64,000 nucleotides of DNA from a virus. A program made the position numbers and the translations under genes. Position 1 is the stretch's first letter. Every line of letters starts with the position of its first letter. Location of the stretch: IMG/VR virus record IMGVR_UViG_3300033273_000460, positions 32,001 through 96,000 of that record. One strand, given 5' to 3'. Positions 16,186 to 25,945 of the stretch are shown piece by piece. A model generated the notes under the pieces. It ran no database searches. It saw nothing but the letters and a program-made list of their open reading frames with translations, and was not told where the DNA came from.

Positions 16186-19100
16186 ATGGCACCTGTTGGT
16201 CTAACAGACAAACAATTCCAGGCATTTGCTGAAGCTGTTCGCCAAAGAGAAAGTGGCGGTAACTACCAACTGGTGAGTGAAAATGGCTACGTTGGTGCAT
16301 ACCAATTCAGTGCCGCACAACTTGTTGACAGTGGGTTTATTGATAGAACCAGTTATTCAGAAGCCAGTGCTAGTAGCACCTACAGCCAATTGGAATTTGT
16401 AAACGCACAGTCAAATTGGCTAAGTTCAGGTGGTTTATCTAGTTTTTTAACCAACCCAGGACAACAGGACAGTGCTTTTGAAGCACTGAGCAATCGCAAC
16501 AGGCGACAATTGGTGTCTAGTGGTGTGCTTGATGATACCAGCTCAGGAGCCGACACTGCTGGAATGCTAGGCGTAGCACATTTGTTAGGACCAAGCCAAG
16601 CTGCTAACTGGCGCCTAAATGATGATGCCGCTGTTGATATAGAATTTAGCGACGATGCTGCAATTAGATTTAGCGAAGCAGCAAGTAGCATTAGTAGTGA
16701 CGTAGTAGTTACCTCTTCGCAAACTGTTTCCAGAGCAACAAGAACTGAAACTGCTGTATTTGACGATGGGCCTTTAGAAGTTACAGTAAGGCCCATAGAA
16801 GGAATAAATCCTACTCCAGGCAGAGTTGGCACAACAGTAAGAAATGGCCCAGCTGGAGAAGCAATGCCAAGTGCTCCACCGGCTACAGCAACACCAAGTG
16901 CTGCACCTAGAACAGTGGTTGCAACTGATCCTGGAGCAGAGCCTGCACCTGAAGCTGCTGCTCCGCAAGAAACAACTCAAGAAGTAACAGGCGGTCAAGC
17001 AGCATCTGGCAGTCCTCAAAGTTTTACTCAAGATCTTAGCAATGTAAAAATTGATGTAAAACCAAACCCTCTAAACGATTTTGCAAGTTATACTTACAAT
17101 CTAAGTTTGTATATGATGGGTGTAAAAGGCTACATAGATCTAATGCGCAGCCCTAGTTCTAGTCCGCTTGAAGCAGTCAATAACACTACCAAGGTGTTGG
17201 TTGCAAGAAGTGGCGGAATGGGTAGACCGTTAAATGAACAATTTGACATAGACTTTTTTATAGATAGTTTGAGTGTTACTAATGTAGGTTCACCTAATCG
17301 CAGTGCAGCAAACACAAATGCTGTAGATATCAAATTTGAAATCTATGAGCCTCGTGGTATTACACTGATTGAAAGACTAAAAGAAGCCAGCGATTCATTT
17401 GGCGAAGATACCAATTATATCAACACTCCATACTTGTTACAGATTGATTTTAAGGGATACGACGACGAAGGTAAACAAATTAATCAACGCATACTGCCAA
17501 GATATATTCCTCTAAAAATTGTAGAGTTGAGTTTTGAAATTACTTCAAGTGGTGCTGCTTATAAATGCACTGCAGTGCCTTTTCATCACAATGTGTTTGG
17601 CAGTATCAACAACACCATTCCACTAAACGTTCAAGTAAAAGCAACAACAGTTGGAGATATTTTTAGCAGTAGTACTCAAGCTATCGAAGATGAACAAGTA
17701 ACAGATGATACAACAGGCGAAACATCAAATGTATCAGTTGTTAAAGGAAAAGCAACCACACTAGCTGCAGCAATAACTGATTACAACAGAAAAACAACAG
17801 AGCCAAAAAGAGAAAACAAAGGCGGTCCTCCGGATCAAGACATCATTACACCTGCTGAAGCAGAATTGTATGACGAAGTAGAATTTAACCCTGGCGGAGA
17901 AATAGCAAACAGTCTATTAGTAACAGACAAATTTGATGCACTCAACACAGACATGAAAGAAGCAGGCGATGCTTTCAGACAGTATGCATCTACAGTCAAA
18001 GGCAAAGTTCAACTAGAAGACAATCAAATATTCCGTATCAATGCCGGTACAGGTATTGTTAGTTTGTTAAACTTTGTTGTCATAGCCAGTAACTATATGG
18101 AACGTAATGTGCTTGAAGAAAATGCAGGATCAGGCAAAGGACAAAACACACCTGTGTATTGGTGGAAGATTAAACCCAAATTGATAGACATAAAAGGCTG
18201 GGACAAAAAAGCAGGACGTTACAAATACAAAGTGCGTTATGATGTAATTCCTACCACAGTGTTCTACAGTGACTATCCATGGGCACCAAGAAGCAAACCT
18301 GCAGGTGATGGATTCCATAAAAAATATGATTACATTTTCACTGGTATAAACACAGAAGTAATTGGCTTTAAATTAGATTTCAACACTGCATACTACCAAG
18401 CCAATCAGTTTGGCACAGGTGTTCCAGATGGTGAACAGCAAGACGCAAAAACTACTTTCCCAGTTGCAAAGCAACCTCAGGCAATCAGCACTGAGAGCGA
18501 AAACCTAAAAAGTGATACCACAGTAGAAGCAAAACGCAGCAAAGATTTGCTGAGTACCATCATGACAGAAGGCGCTGACCTAATAGAATTAAAAATGGAC
18601 ATACTTGGTGATCCTGATTACATTCCAACAGGCGATGGCTTTTTCCAAAAAGACGAACTTGCCAACAGACTTTACACAAAACCGTACTGGCCCGATGGCA
18701 CTATTAACTATGATTTGACTATACCACATGTGCAAGTCAATTTTAAGACTCCAACAGAGTATGATGATTTAACTGGATTGTTAGATCCAACAGTGGATAA
18801 AAGATACAGTAGCAGCGAGTTCAGTGGAATTTACAAAGTGATTGAAGTTCGCAGCACTTTCCAAGGCGGTGCGTTTACACAAAAATTAAATCTTGTGCGT
18901 ACGAAAACACAACCTGATAAAAATGGTCAAATTGAGCAAAACAGCTACAGTGAAGCATTTAATCCAGGTGCTGTAGGCAAGAGTGCTAAAAAAGAAATGC
19001 CAAAACAGATCACAAAAGTTGATGATGTTTCACAACAGACACAAATTGATCAGACTGATGCGACCACACCAACACAAGCTCAAAGAATGCAAAACAACTT

Positions 19101-19239
19101 AGGTGCAAGCAGAACATCAAGAGATCAGTCTGACGATACAGGACCAACTGATAGACAAAGTGCAATAATACAAAGACTTTCACGCCAAAGGTTAACAGAT
19201 ACCAACACTGAAGTTGATCCAACACAGTTCGCAACATAA
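16186..19239 (+). CDS. Baseplate hub protein (gp27-like) with N-terminal lysozyme-like domain
   Basis: N-terminal RESGGNY..GYVGAYQF, a P/A/T linker, then NPLNDFASYTYNLSL and C-terminal ILGDPDY / FSGIYKVIEVRSTFQGGAFTQKLNLVR. Confidence 0.6.
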   Translation: MAPVGLTDKQFQAFAEAVRQRESGGNYQLVSENGYVGAYQFSAAQLVDSGFIDRTSYSEASASSTYSQLEFVNAQSNWLSSGGLSSFLTNPGQQDSAFEALSNRNRRQLVSSGVLDDTSSGADTAGMLGVAHLLGPSQAANWRLNDDAAVDIEFSDDAAIRFSEAASSISSDVVVTSSQTVSRATRTETAVFDDGPLEVTVRPIEGINPTPGRVGTTVRNGPAGEAMPSAPPATATPSAAPRTVVATDPGAEPAPEAAAPQETTQEVTGGQAASGSPQSFTQDLSNVKIDVKPNPLNDFASYTYNLSLYMMGVKGYIDLMRSPSSSPLEAVNNTTKVLVARSGGMGRPLNEQFDIDFFIDSLSVTNVGSPNRSAANTNAVDIKFEIYEPRGITLIERLKEASDSFGEDTNYINTPYLLQIDFKGYDDEGKQINQRILPRYIPLKIVELSFEITSSGAAYKCTAVPFHHNVFGSINNTIPLNVQVKATTVGDIFSSSTQAIEDEQVTDDTTGETSNVSVVKGKATTLAAAITDYNRKTTEPKRENKGGPPDQDIITPAEAELYDEVEFNPGGEIANSLLVTDKFDALNTDMKEAGDAFRQYASTVKGKVQLEDNQIFRINAGTGIVSLLNFVVIASNYMERNVLEENAGSGKGQNTPVYWWKIKPKLIDIKGWDKKAGRYKYKVRYDVIPTTVFYSDYPWAPRSKPAGDGFHKKYDYIFTGINTEVIGFKLDFNTAYYQANQFGTGVPDGEQQDAKTTFPVAKQPQAISTESENLKSDTTVEAKRSKDLLSTIMTEGADLIELKMDILGDPDYIPTGDGFFQKDELANRLYTKPYWPDGTINYDLTIPHVQVNFKTPTEYDDLTGLLDPTVDKRYSSSEFSGIYKVIEVRSTFQGGAFTQKLNLVRTKTQPDKNGQIEQNSYSEAFNPGAVGKSAKKEMPKQITKVDDVSQQTQIDQTDATTPTQAQRMQNNLGASRTSRDQSDDTGPTDRQSAIIQRLSRQRLTDTNTEVDPTQFAT

Positions 19240-19257
19240 AAAAATAGGAAGATATAG

Positions 19258-21966
19258 ATGGCAATCAGTTCAAGAAATGTAGGGCGCAGAGGAGGAGACA
19301 AAGCCTTTGATACCAGTGCTAAACGTGGTGTTATGGAAGAAAAAGGTATTGTCATTGGCATTGTAAAAGAAAATGCTCATCCTGTGCGCATGGGCAATAT
19401 CATGGTGTTCATACCTGGCAGAGGTGCTACTGGACGAACACAACAAGGTGATGCCAAAAGCATTGAAGATGATCCAGCGCAATGGCGCATGGTGCGTTAT
19501 GCTACTCCTTGGTATAGTAGAACAGACGCCACTAGTTCAAAAAACACATACCAAGAAGTAAAAAACACAGCAGGTATAATTTATCCTGCACCCGATATTG
19601 GTACCAAAGTGCTGTGCTTTTTTCCAGAAGGCAAAAACGCTGAAGGTTTTTGGTTTGCTTGTGCACCTGATCCTTACATGATGCAGAGTTTGCCCGAGCC
19701 AACAAGGTCATCTAATTTTACACAAAACGGAGACATAACACCAAGAAACGCAGCACCTTCAGGCGAGTTTAACGATAAGACTACAGACACACGATCACTC
19801 AAAGAATACATCAGTGTCACTCGCAGTTTGCAAAATGATTTTTACACAAATCTTGTAAAACAAGGCATAGATGAAAGTTTTAGCAAAGGCATAAGCAACA
19901 GTGGTTACATGCGTGACACACCTGCAGAACTTATTGGCATTACCACCAAAGGTCGCAAGATAGATGCCAATGGAATAGACATTGCTGCTCGCGAAGATAT
20001 ACAAAGCGCACTCAGAAGTAATGATGAAAAAAAGGGTGTAAGTGGAGATAATTTAAAAATACTCAAAGGTTTTAGACGTGCCAAAGGACACAGTCTAATA
20101 CTTGACGATGGTGATCTACAAGGCCAAGATCAACTCATACGACTTCGCAGTGCTAAAGGTGCACAGTTTTTGATACATGACACAGAAGAGTTTGTGTACA
20201 TCATCAACCAAAGTGGCAACGCATGGATGAGCATGGACAAGCATGGACAGATTGATGTGTACAGCGAAAGAAACATCAACTTCCGCAGCACAAATATGAA
20301 CTTCCATGCTGAAAAAGATATAAAAATGCATGCTGGAAACTTTATTGATCTGGTAAGCGAAAACGAAGTTAACATTGAAGCAGACCAAGATGTAAGCATG
20401 CACAGCACAGGAGCAATGGCTTTTGTTAATGCCAGTGATGCGGTACACATAAATGCTGGCGGTCAATTGAACATGGCTGGTGGCACTATCACAAATATCA
20501 AAGCTGGTCCTGCAATGAACGTTCAAGCAGGTACTATATTCTTGCAAGGTAATGCTACTGATCCTACTACTAAAAGTGCTATTCCAAGTAGTAAGCCAAG
20601 TGATACACAACTAGAGGATAACTTTTACACTGCTAACACTGAAATATACACCACAGTTGACAGAGTGCCTACACACGAACCTTATCCAAATTTTGATCAA
20701 ATCACTGAGCCAACATCACGTGGTAACAGACGCGGCAGCGGAGGCAGCGGTGGTGCAGTTGGCAGTATGCAAGGCTCAGGCTTAGGTGCTGAAACACCTA
20801 TCAGCAGTGGAATTGAACCAATTCCTGGTGCACTTGGTGGTGTTGAAGATTTCTCTGGTCCTTTAGCAACTGCAACAGGTGGACAACTGTCTAGTGCTTT
20901 AAGTTCTGATGTAACTAGTCAAATAAGCGACACAGGTGGTATTACTGCTATATCAGGCAGTGCCAGCACAATCACTGCAAGTAGTTTTGATATAGGAGGT
21001 CTAAGCAAAGCAGTAAATGGTGCAGGCGTTAGCGGCCTAGCAGACATATCAAACACTGTGCCTGGAATAACTGGTGTAACAGACTCTGGCGGTCTCGTAC
21101 AAGATTTTGGAGGCAATTTGCCTGTTGAGTTTCCTATGCCAAATGTGATTACTGGTGTAAGCAGTGTAGATAGATTTTCTCCAGAAAGTTTAGCACAAAG
21201 CAGCACTCTCAGCAAACTTAACGCAGGCAGTTTGAGCAAAGTTACAGGTGCATTACCAAACAGTGCTAATTTTGGACAACTACCAGGATTGGCAAATGTT
21301 AAAAACTTTGCTAACAATGGACTAGCAAATTACCCTCGAGGTTTTGATCCTGTTAAAATTTTACAAAGCAATCAATTTTCAACAGGTGTTGGAGGAATTG
21401 ATGCAGACACTCTCAGAGGAATGGCTGCAGCACAAACCAGTTTTGTTGGCAGTGGAGGACTAACAGACTTTGTTGACAGTTCAACAGGTGCTGTTGGCAA
21501 ATATGGATTTACAGTAAGCAATCTAAAAGACGCTGGTTTTATCAAACCTAATGCGGTGTTGAACGCACAGTTACAAGACTCAAGAATGTGGACAGGCTAT
21601 CAAGGCATTGACAGTTTTAGCACATTTGCCACCAATAGCAGTTTACAGGATTCGTTGTTTGCTGAAGTTACACAAAAGAACATGCAAAGTTTAGCAAATT
21701 TAGGCACGTTATTTCCTAATGACCCAACAGATGTAATGGCAGGATTAGCCAACGTATCAAACGCAGTAGGTGTAAAAAATGCAGGCAATCTCAGGTATGC
21801 TAGAGATTTACAACCATTTCCTGTAGATGGAACAACCACAGTGTTAAGTTCACAAGATGTACAAGCAAAATCAAACCAATTGTTAGCAGAAACTATGAGT
21901 GCAGTCAACAGTCCGTTGTTGCAGAATCCTTTACAGCGCAGTCTGTTTAGGGATGTTCAGGTGTAG
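19258..21966 (+). CDS. Baseplate central spike, gp5/VgrG-like, with C-terminal lysozyme-like domain
   Basis: OB-fold region (GIVKEN..RMG..V.IP, PDIGTKVLCFF), GHSLILDD..IRLRSAKGAQF, beta-helix repeats, PTHEPY, then a G/S-rich extension. Confidence 0.7.
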   Translation: MAISSRNVGRRGGDKAFDTSAKRGVMEEKGIVIGIVKENAHPVRMGNIMVFIPGRGATGRTQQGDAKSIEDDPAQWRMVRYATPWYSRTDATSSKNTYQEVKNTAGIIYPAPDIGTKVLCFFPEGKNAEGFWFACAPDPYMMQSLPEPTRSSNFTQNGDITPRNAAPSGEFNDKTTDTRSLKEYISVTRSLQNDFYTNLVKQGIDESFSKGISNSGYMRDTPAELIGITTKGRKIDANGIDIAAREDIQSALRSNDEKKGVSGDNLKILKGFRRAKGHSLILDDGDLQGQDQLIRLRSAKGAQFLIHDTEEFVYIINQSGNAWMSMDKHGQIDVYSERNINFRSTNMNFHAEKDIKMHAGNFIDLVSENEVNIEADQDVSMHSTGAMAFVNASDAVHINAGGQLNMAGGTITNIKAGPAMNVQAGTIFLQGNATDPTTKSAIPSSKPSDTQLEDNFYTANTEIYTTVDRVPTHEPYPNFDQITEPTSRGNRRGSGGSGGAVGSMQGSGLGAETPISSGIEPIPGALGGVEDFSGPLATATGGQLSSALSSDVTSQISDTGGITAISGSASTITASSFDIGGLSKAVNGAGVSGLADISNTVPGITGVTDSGGLVQDFGGNLPVEFPMPNVITGVSSVDRFSPESLAQSSTLSKLNAGSLSKVTGALPNSANFGQLPGLANVKNFANNGLANYPRGFDPVKILQSNQFSTGVGGIDADTLRGMAAAQTSFVGSGGLTDFVDSSTGAVGKYGFTVSNLKDAGFIKPNAVLNAQLQDSRMWTGYQGIDSFSTFATNSSLQDSLFAEVTQKNMQSLANLGTLFPNDPTDVMAGLANVSNAVGVKNAGNLRYARDLQPFPVDGTTTVLSSQDVQAKSNQLLAETMSAVNSPLLQNPLQRSLFRDVQV

Positions 21967-21967
21967 G

Positions 21968-21973
21968 TAAATA
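21968..21973 (+). promoter_or_regulatory. Late-promoter-like TAAATA 4 nt before the gp25 ATG
   Basis: GGTAAATACGTTATG, with little room for a leader. Confidence 0.4.
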
Positions 21974-21977
21974 CGTT

Positions 21978-22355
21978 ATGGCTTACTACAGAGGTTACAA
22001 CACAGTAGATAATATTTTTAGCAGCACAAGATTGACTGAAAGTTCATTGGTGCGCAGAGATATTCTCAATCATTTTAACGTCAATCAAGGCGAAGCAGTG
22101 ATGCGTCCAAACTTTGGTACTATAATTCAAAGTTTAGTTTTTGAACCATTAACACCAGAAACACAAGAATTAATTATTACCGAAATAAAACGTGTTGTAA
22201 ACAGTGATCCGAGAGTTGTAATGGCTGATATGGAGCTGGAAGAATATCAAAGTGGAATTCAAGTTGCCATGACATTAAATTATAGAAACACTGATCTTAG
22301 TGAACAACTCTTTATTAAATTTGATAGAGATACACAAACTGCAGTGTTTGTATAA
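21978..22355 (+). CDS. gp25: Baseplate wedge protein, gp25-like
   Basis: Motifs ILNHF...GE.VMRPNFGT.I..LVFEPL and DPRV. Confidence 0.88.
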   Translation: MAYYRGYNTVDNIFSSTRLTESSLVRRDILNHFNVNQGEAVMRPNFGTIIQSLVFEPLTPETQELIITEIKRVVNSDPRVVMADMELEEYQSGIQVAMTLNYRNTDLSEQLFIKFDRDTQTAVFV

Positions 22356-22376
22356 TATGCGTAGTTTATACATCAA

Positions 22377-22383
22377 ATAAATA
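22377..22383 (+). promoter_or_regulatory. Late-promoter-like ATAAATA upstream of the gp6-like gene
   Basis: Intergenic, about 20 nt before the ATG at 22403 (AGGA SD). Confidence 0.55.
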
Positions 22384-22402
22384 ACACAAATAGGACGTAA
22401 AC

Positions 22403-25400
22403 ATGGCACACATCACTAGACAATCAAATTTGTTTGCTGCAGAGGATTGGACCAAACTATACGAAAGTTTCAAGGAAATTGACTTTCAGAGTTATGATTA
22501 TCAAACAATTCGTAAGAGTTTGATTGACTATTTGCGTACCTATTATCCGGAAGATTTTAACGATTTTATTGAAAGCAGTGAATATGTTGCACTGATTGAT
22601 ATGATTGCATATCAAGCACAGGCACTGAGTTTTCGCACAGATTTAAACGCTAGAGAAAACTTTTTAGAAACTGCTACACGCAGGGACAGTGTGTTACGTC
22701 TTGCCAAAATGGTTAACTACAACCCAAAACGCACACAAGTAGCACGTGGATTGATCAAAGTTGTTGGTGTAGAAACAACTGAAAGCATTTTTGACAGCAA
22801 TGGCACAGATCTACAAGGCACTACAATATTTTGGGGAGACACAAACAACCCTGATTTCTTAGAGCAATTTACAACAGTAATGAATGCTGCTTTGTTTAGG
22901 ACACAACGTTTTGGTAAACCTGCTGCAACAACCACTGTTGCAGGTGTTACAATTGACGAATATAATATTAATATTGTGCCTAGTACAGTTCCTGTTTATG
23001 AATTCCAACAAACAATCAATGGCACAAACATGACCTTTGAAGTTGTAAAAGGTACATACAGCGGAACAAACTATCTATACGAAGTTGCACCAAAACCAAG
23101 CAACAGCACCAATGTGCTTTATCGCAATGATGGTAGAGGTTTTAACAGTGCTGACAGCGGCTTTTTCTTTTACATCAAACAAGGTCAACTACAAGTAAGT
23201 GACTTTACTGTTGAGGATAGTTTGCCAAACAGAATTATTGATGTTGAAGTAAGCAACATTGACAACAACGATGTTTATTTGTACAAAGTTGACAGCAATG
23301 GATTAGAAACAACACAATGGTCAAAACTACCAAGTGTTAGTGGTACGAATGTTATCTACAACAGTTTGAGCAACAACACAAAAACAATTTTTAGTATCAA
23401 CAGTAAAACAAATGATCAAATACAACTGTTGTTTGGTGATGGCGTGTTCACAGATATTCCTGTAGGCGACTTCCGCACCTATTACAGAGTTGGCAATGGC
23501 TTAACTTACAAAATTGAACCACAGGATATGCAAAACATTGAGATTAACATTCCATACGTTTCGCATGATAATCAATTGGAAACACTCACAGTAACATTAA
23601 GTTTGCAAAACACAATCAGCAATGGCACTGCAAAAGAAACACTAACCAATATCAAGACCAAAGCACAACAACAGTATTACACACAAAACAGAATGGTAAC
23701 TGGCGAAGATTATCAGATCTTTCCATTTACAAACTTCAATGATATTGTAAAAGCAAAAGCAGTAAACAGAACTGCTAGTGGCATCAGCAGGTATCTTGAT
23801 GTGCGTGATACCACAGGCAAGTACAGTAGCACAAACATCATAGCCAAAGATGGTATCTTGTATCGTAGCGAAAGCATCAAAAACTTTACATTTGATTTTG
23901 TAACAGACAGTGACATTGCTGTAATGATCAGCGGAACACTAGAGCCTATTGTACAAAACACAGAAAGCAAACATTTTTACTATAAAAATTATCCTTACAT
24001 CACTGCTCCTGCAGGTGTTACCTGGAACCAAAGTACAAGAGGTACTGCTAGTGTAACAGGATATTTTAAAAATGCAAGTAATAATCCACAACCAATTGGA
24101 ACATTTACAACTTCAAACATGAAGTATGTCAAACAAGGCACTTTGCTCAAGTTTACTCCTCCAAGTGGATATGTTTTTGATGTAAACAACAATCTTGTAG
24201 CAACACCAACAACACTACGTGGTACAAAAGAATATGTTTGGGCAAGCATTAGCAGTGTTACTGGAGATGGTACAAACCAGGGTGTTGGAAATCTTCTAGA
24301 TGGAACTGGTCCTGTAACACTAAGTGAGGTAATTCCTAGCACTGCAATATTGACCAGTATCATTGCACCATGGAACACTGTACTTCCACAAAGTGTGCGC
24401 AACCTAATTATTAACAATGTTAACACCTACAAAACATTTGCACTAAGATATGATGTTGACACACAAGAATGGACAGAAATCAATGCGCTTGACTTGAGCA
24501 GTAGCACAACATTTGATTTAGGAAACGCCGGCGATACATCAGAAAACAATTTAGATGCAAGTTGGATCTATAAATTTACCAACGATGGCATCACATACAC
24601 TGTTCAATATCGTAGCACAGAATATGTTTTTGAAAGTGCGTTAGAGACACGTTTCTATTTTGATCCAGACCAAAGCATATTTGATCCTGCAAGTGGTCGT
24701 ACAATCAAAGACACAATAAACATATTAACAGTTAACAGTCAACCAGATGCAGATACTGCACTAGGGCAAGGTTACAAATTAAACATTGCTGATAGGTATG
24801 TTGAAACAGATGGTTTTGTAATAAGTGAAAAAATTAAAGTTACATTTGCTGATGTAGACAATGACAGTGTTGCTGACGATCCTGAATTTTTTGACAAAAT
24901 TGTAGCACCTGATGTAAACAGCACTACTAAAATTGTATACTATAAAAATTACCTAGACATAGAAGGCTACAGTAGAGAAGAACCTGTTGCATCAAGCACA
25001 ATTGAAGCACAGTACACAACACTAAGTGCTATCAATGCTGTGGTGCAAAGTTACGCTGCTGGACAAATCTTTTATGCCAGCAGTGAACAAAAATTTTACA
25101 TAACCAGTGTTGACAACGACAATGTTCGCACTGTTGCTCGGACAACAGATTATACTACCAAGGTTGGCAGAGACAACTTGATATTCCAATACACACACAA
25201 TGCGCCAAACACCAGACGCATTGATCCAAGTCCAACCAATCTTATAGACATGTATTTGCTTACACGCACTTACGACCAAGACTATCGGAATTGGGTAAGT
25301 GATATCACAGGACGTGTGAGCAAGCCTGCACAGTTAACCACAAGTCAATTGCGAGATAACTACGGAAGTCTTGACAATGCTAAAAGTGTTAGTGACAGTT

Positions 25401-25945
25401 TGATTTTCCATAATGTTAGTTACAGACCATTGTTTGGTAACAAAGCAGATGAAGAACTACAAGCAACATTTAAAGTAGTGAAAAATAAACAAGCATTTGT
25501 AAGTGATAATGAAATTAAAGCCAGTGTTGTACAAGCAATTAATGATTATTTTGCTTTAGAAAACTGGGATTTTGGTGATACTTTTTATTTCAGTGAATTG
25601 AGTGCATACTTGCATCAAACACTAGCACCAAATGTATTAAGCATTATTATTGTACCAAAGAAAAGTACAAGTGTATTTGGAAGCCTATACCAAATAACCA
25701 GTAACAGGGATGAAATTTTTATCAGCAGTGCAACTGTAAATGATATTGAAATTATTGATACAATAACTGCTACACAATTGGCAGCAAGTGGTAACGTTGT
25801 TAGTAATGCAGCATCAACCATTGCAAGTGAAAGTATTATAAGTGCTACATCAGGTAACACAACAACTGCAGTGACAACAAGTACAAATAACACAACCAGT
25901 ACTACAACAAGTGCAAGTTCAAGCAGTGGAGGCTATAGTTACTAA
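22403..25945 (+). CDS. gp6: Baseplate wedge protein, gp6-like
   Basis: Motifs DYQTIRKSLIDYL..DFNDF..SE..ALIDMIAY, ENFLETA.RRDSVLRLAK..NYNP, FGDG.F..IP, QNRMVTGEDY. Confidence 0.82.
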   Translation: MAHITRQSNLFAAEDWTKLYESFKEIDFQSYDYQTIRKSLIDYLRTYYPEDFNDFIESSEYVALIDMIAYQAQALSFRTDLNARENFLETATRRDSVLRLAKMVNYNPKRTQVARGLIKVVGVETTESIFDSNGTDLQGTTIFWGDTNNPDFLEQFTTVMNAALFRTQRFGKPAATTTVAGVTIDEYNINIVPSTVPVYEFQQTINGTNMTFEVVKGTYSGTNYLYEVAPKPSNSTNVLYRNDGRGFNSADSGFFFYIKQGQLQVSDFTVEDSLPNRIIDVEVSNIDNNDVYLYKVDSNGLETTQWSKLPSVSGTNVIYNSLSNNTKTIFSINSKTNDQIQLLFGDGVFTDIPVGDFRTYYRVGNGLTYKIEPQDMQNIEINIPYVSHDNQLETLTVTLSLQNTISNGTAKETLTNIKTKAQQQYYTQNRMVTGEDYQIFPFTNFNDIVKAKAVNRTASGISRYLDVRDTTGKYSSTNIIAKDGILYRSESIKNFTFDFVTDSDIAVMISGTLEPIVQNTESKHFYYKNYPYITAPAGVTWNQSTRGTASVTGYFKNASNNPQPIGTFTTSNMKYVKQGTLLKFTPPSGYVFDVNNNLVATPTTLRGTKEYVWASISSVTGDGTNQGVGNLLDGTGPVTLSEVIPSTAILTSIIAPWNTVLPQSVRNLIINNVNTYKTFALRYDVDTQEWTEINALDLSSSTTFDLGNAGDTSENNLDASWIYKFTNDGITYTVQYRSTEYVFESALETRFYFDPDQSIFDPASGRTIKDTINILTVNSQPDADTALGQGYKLNIADRYVETDGFVISEKIKVTFADVDNDSVADDPEFFDKIVAPDVNSTTKIVYYKNYLDIEGYSREEPVASSTIEAQYTTLSAINAVVQSYAAGQIFYASSEQKFYITSVDNDNVRTVARTTDYTTKVGRDNLIFQYTHNAPNTRRIDPSPTNLIDMYLLTRTYDQDYRNWVSDITGRVSKPAQLTTSQLRDNYGSLDNAKSVSDSLIFHNVSYRPLFGNKADEELQATFKVVKNKQAFVSDNEIKASVVQAINDYFALENWDFGDTFYFSELSAYLHQTLAPNVLSIIIVPKKSTSVFGSLYQITSNRDEIFISSATVNDIEIIDTITATQLAASGNVVSNAASTIASESIISATSGNTTTAVTTSTNNTTSTTTSASSSSGGYSY

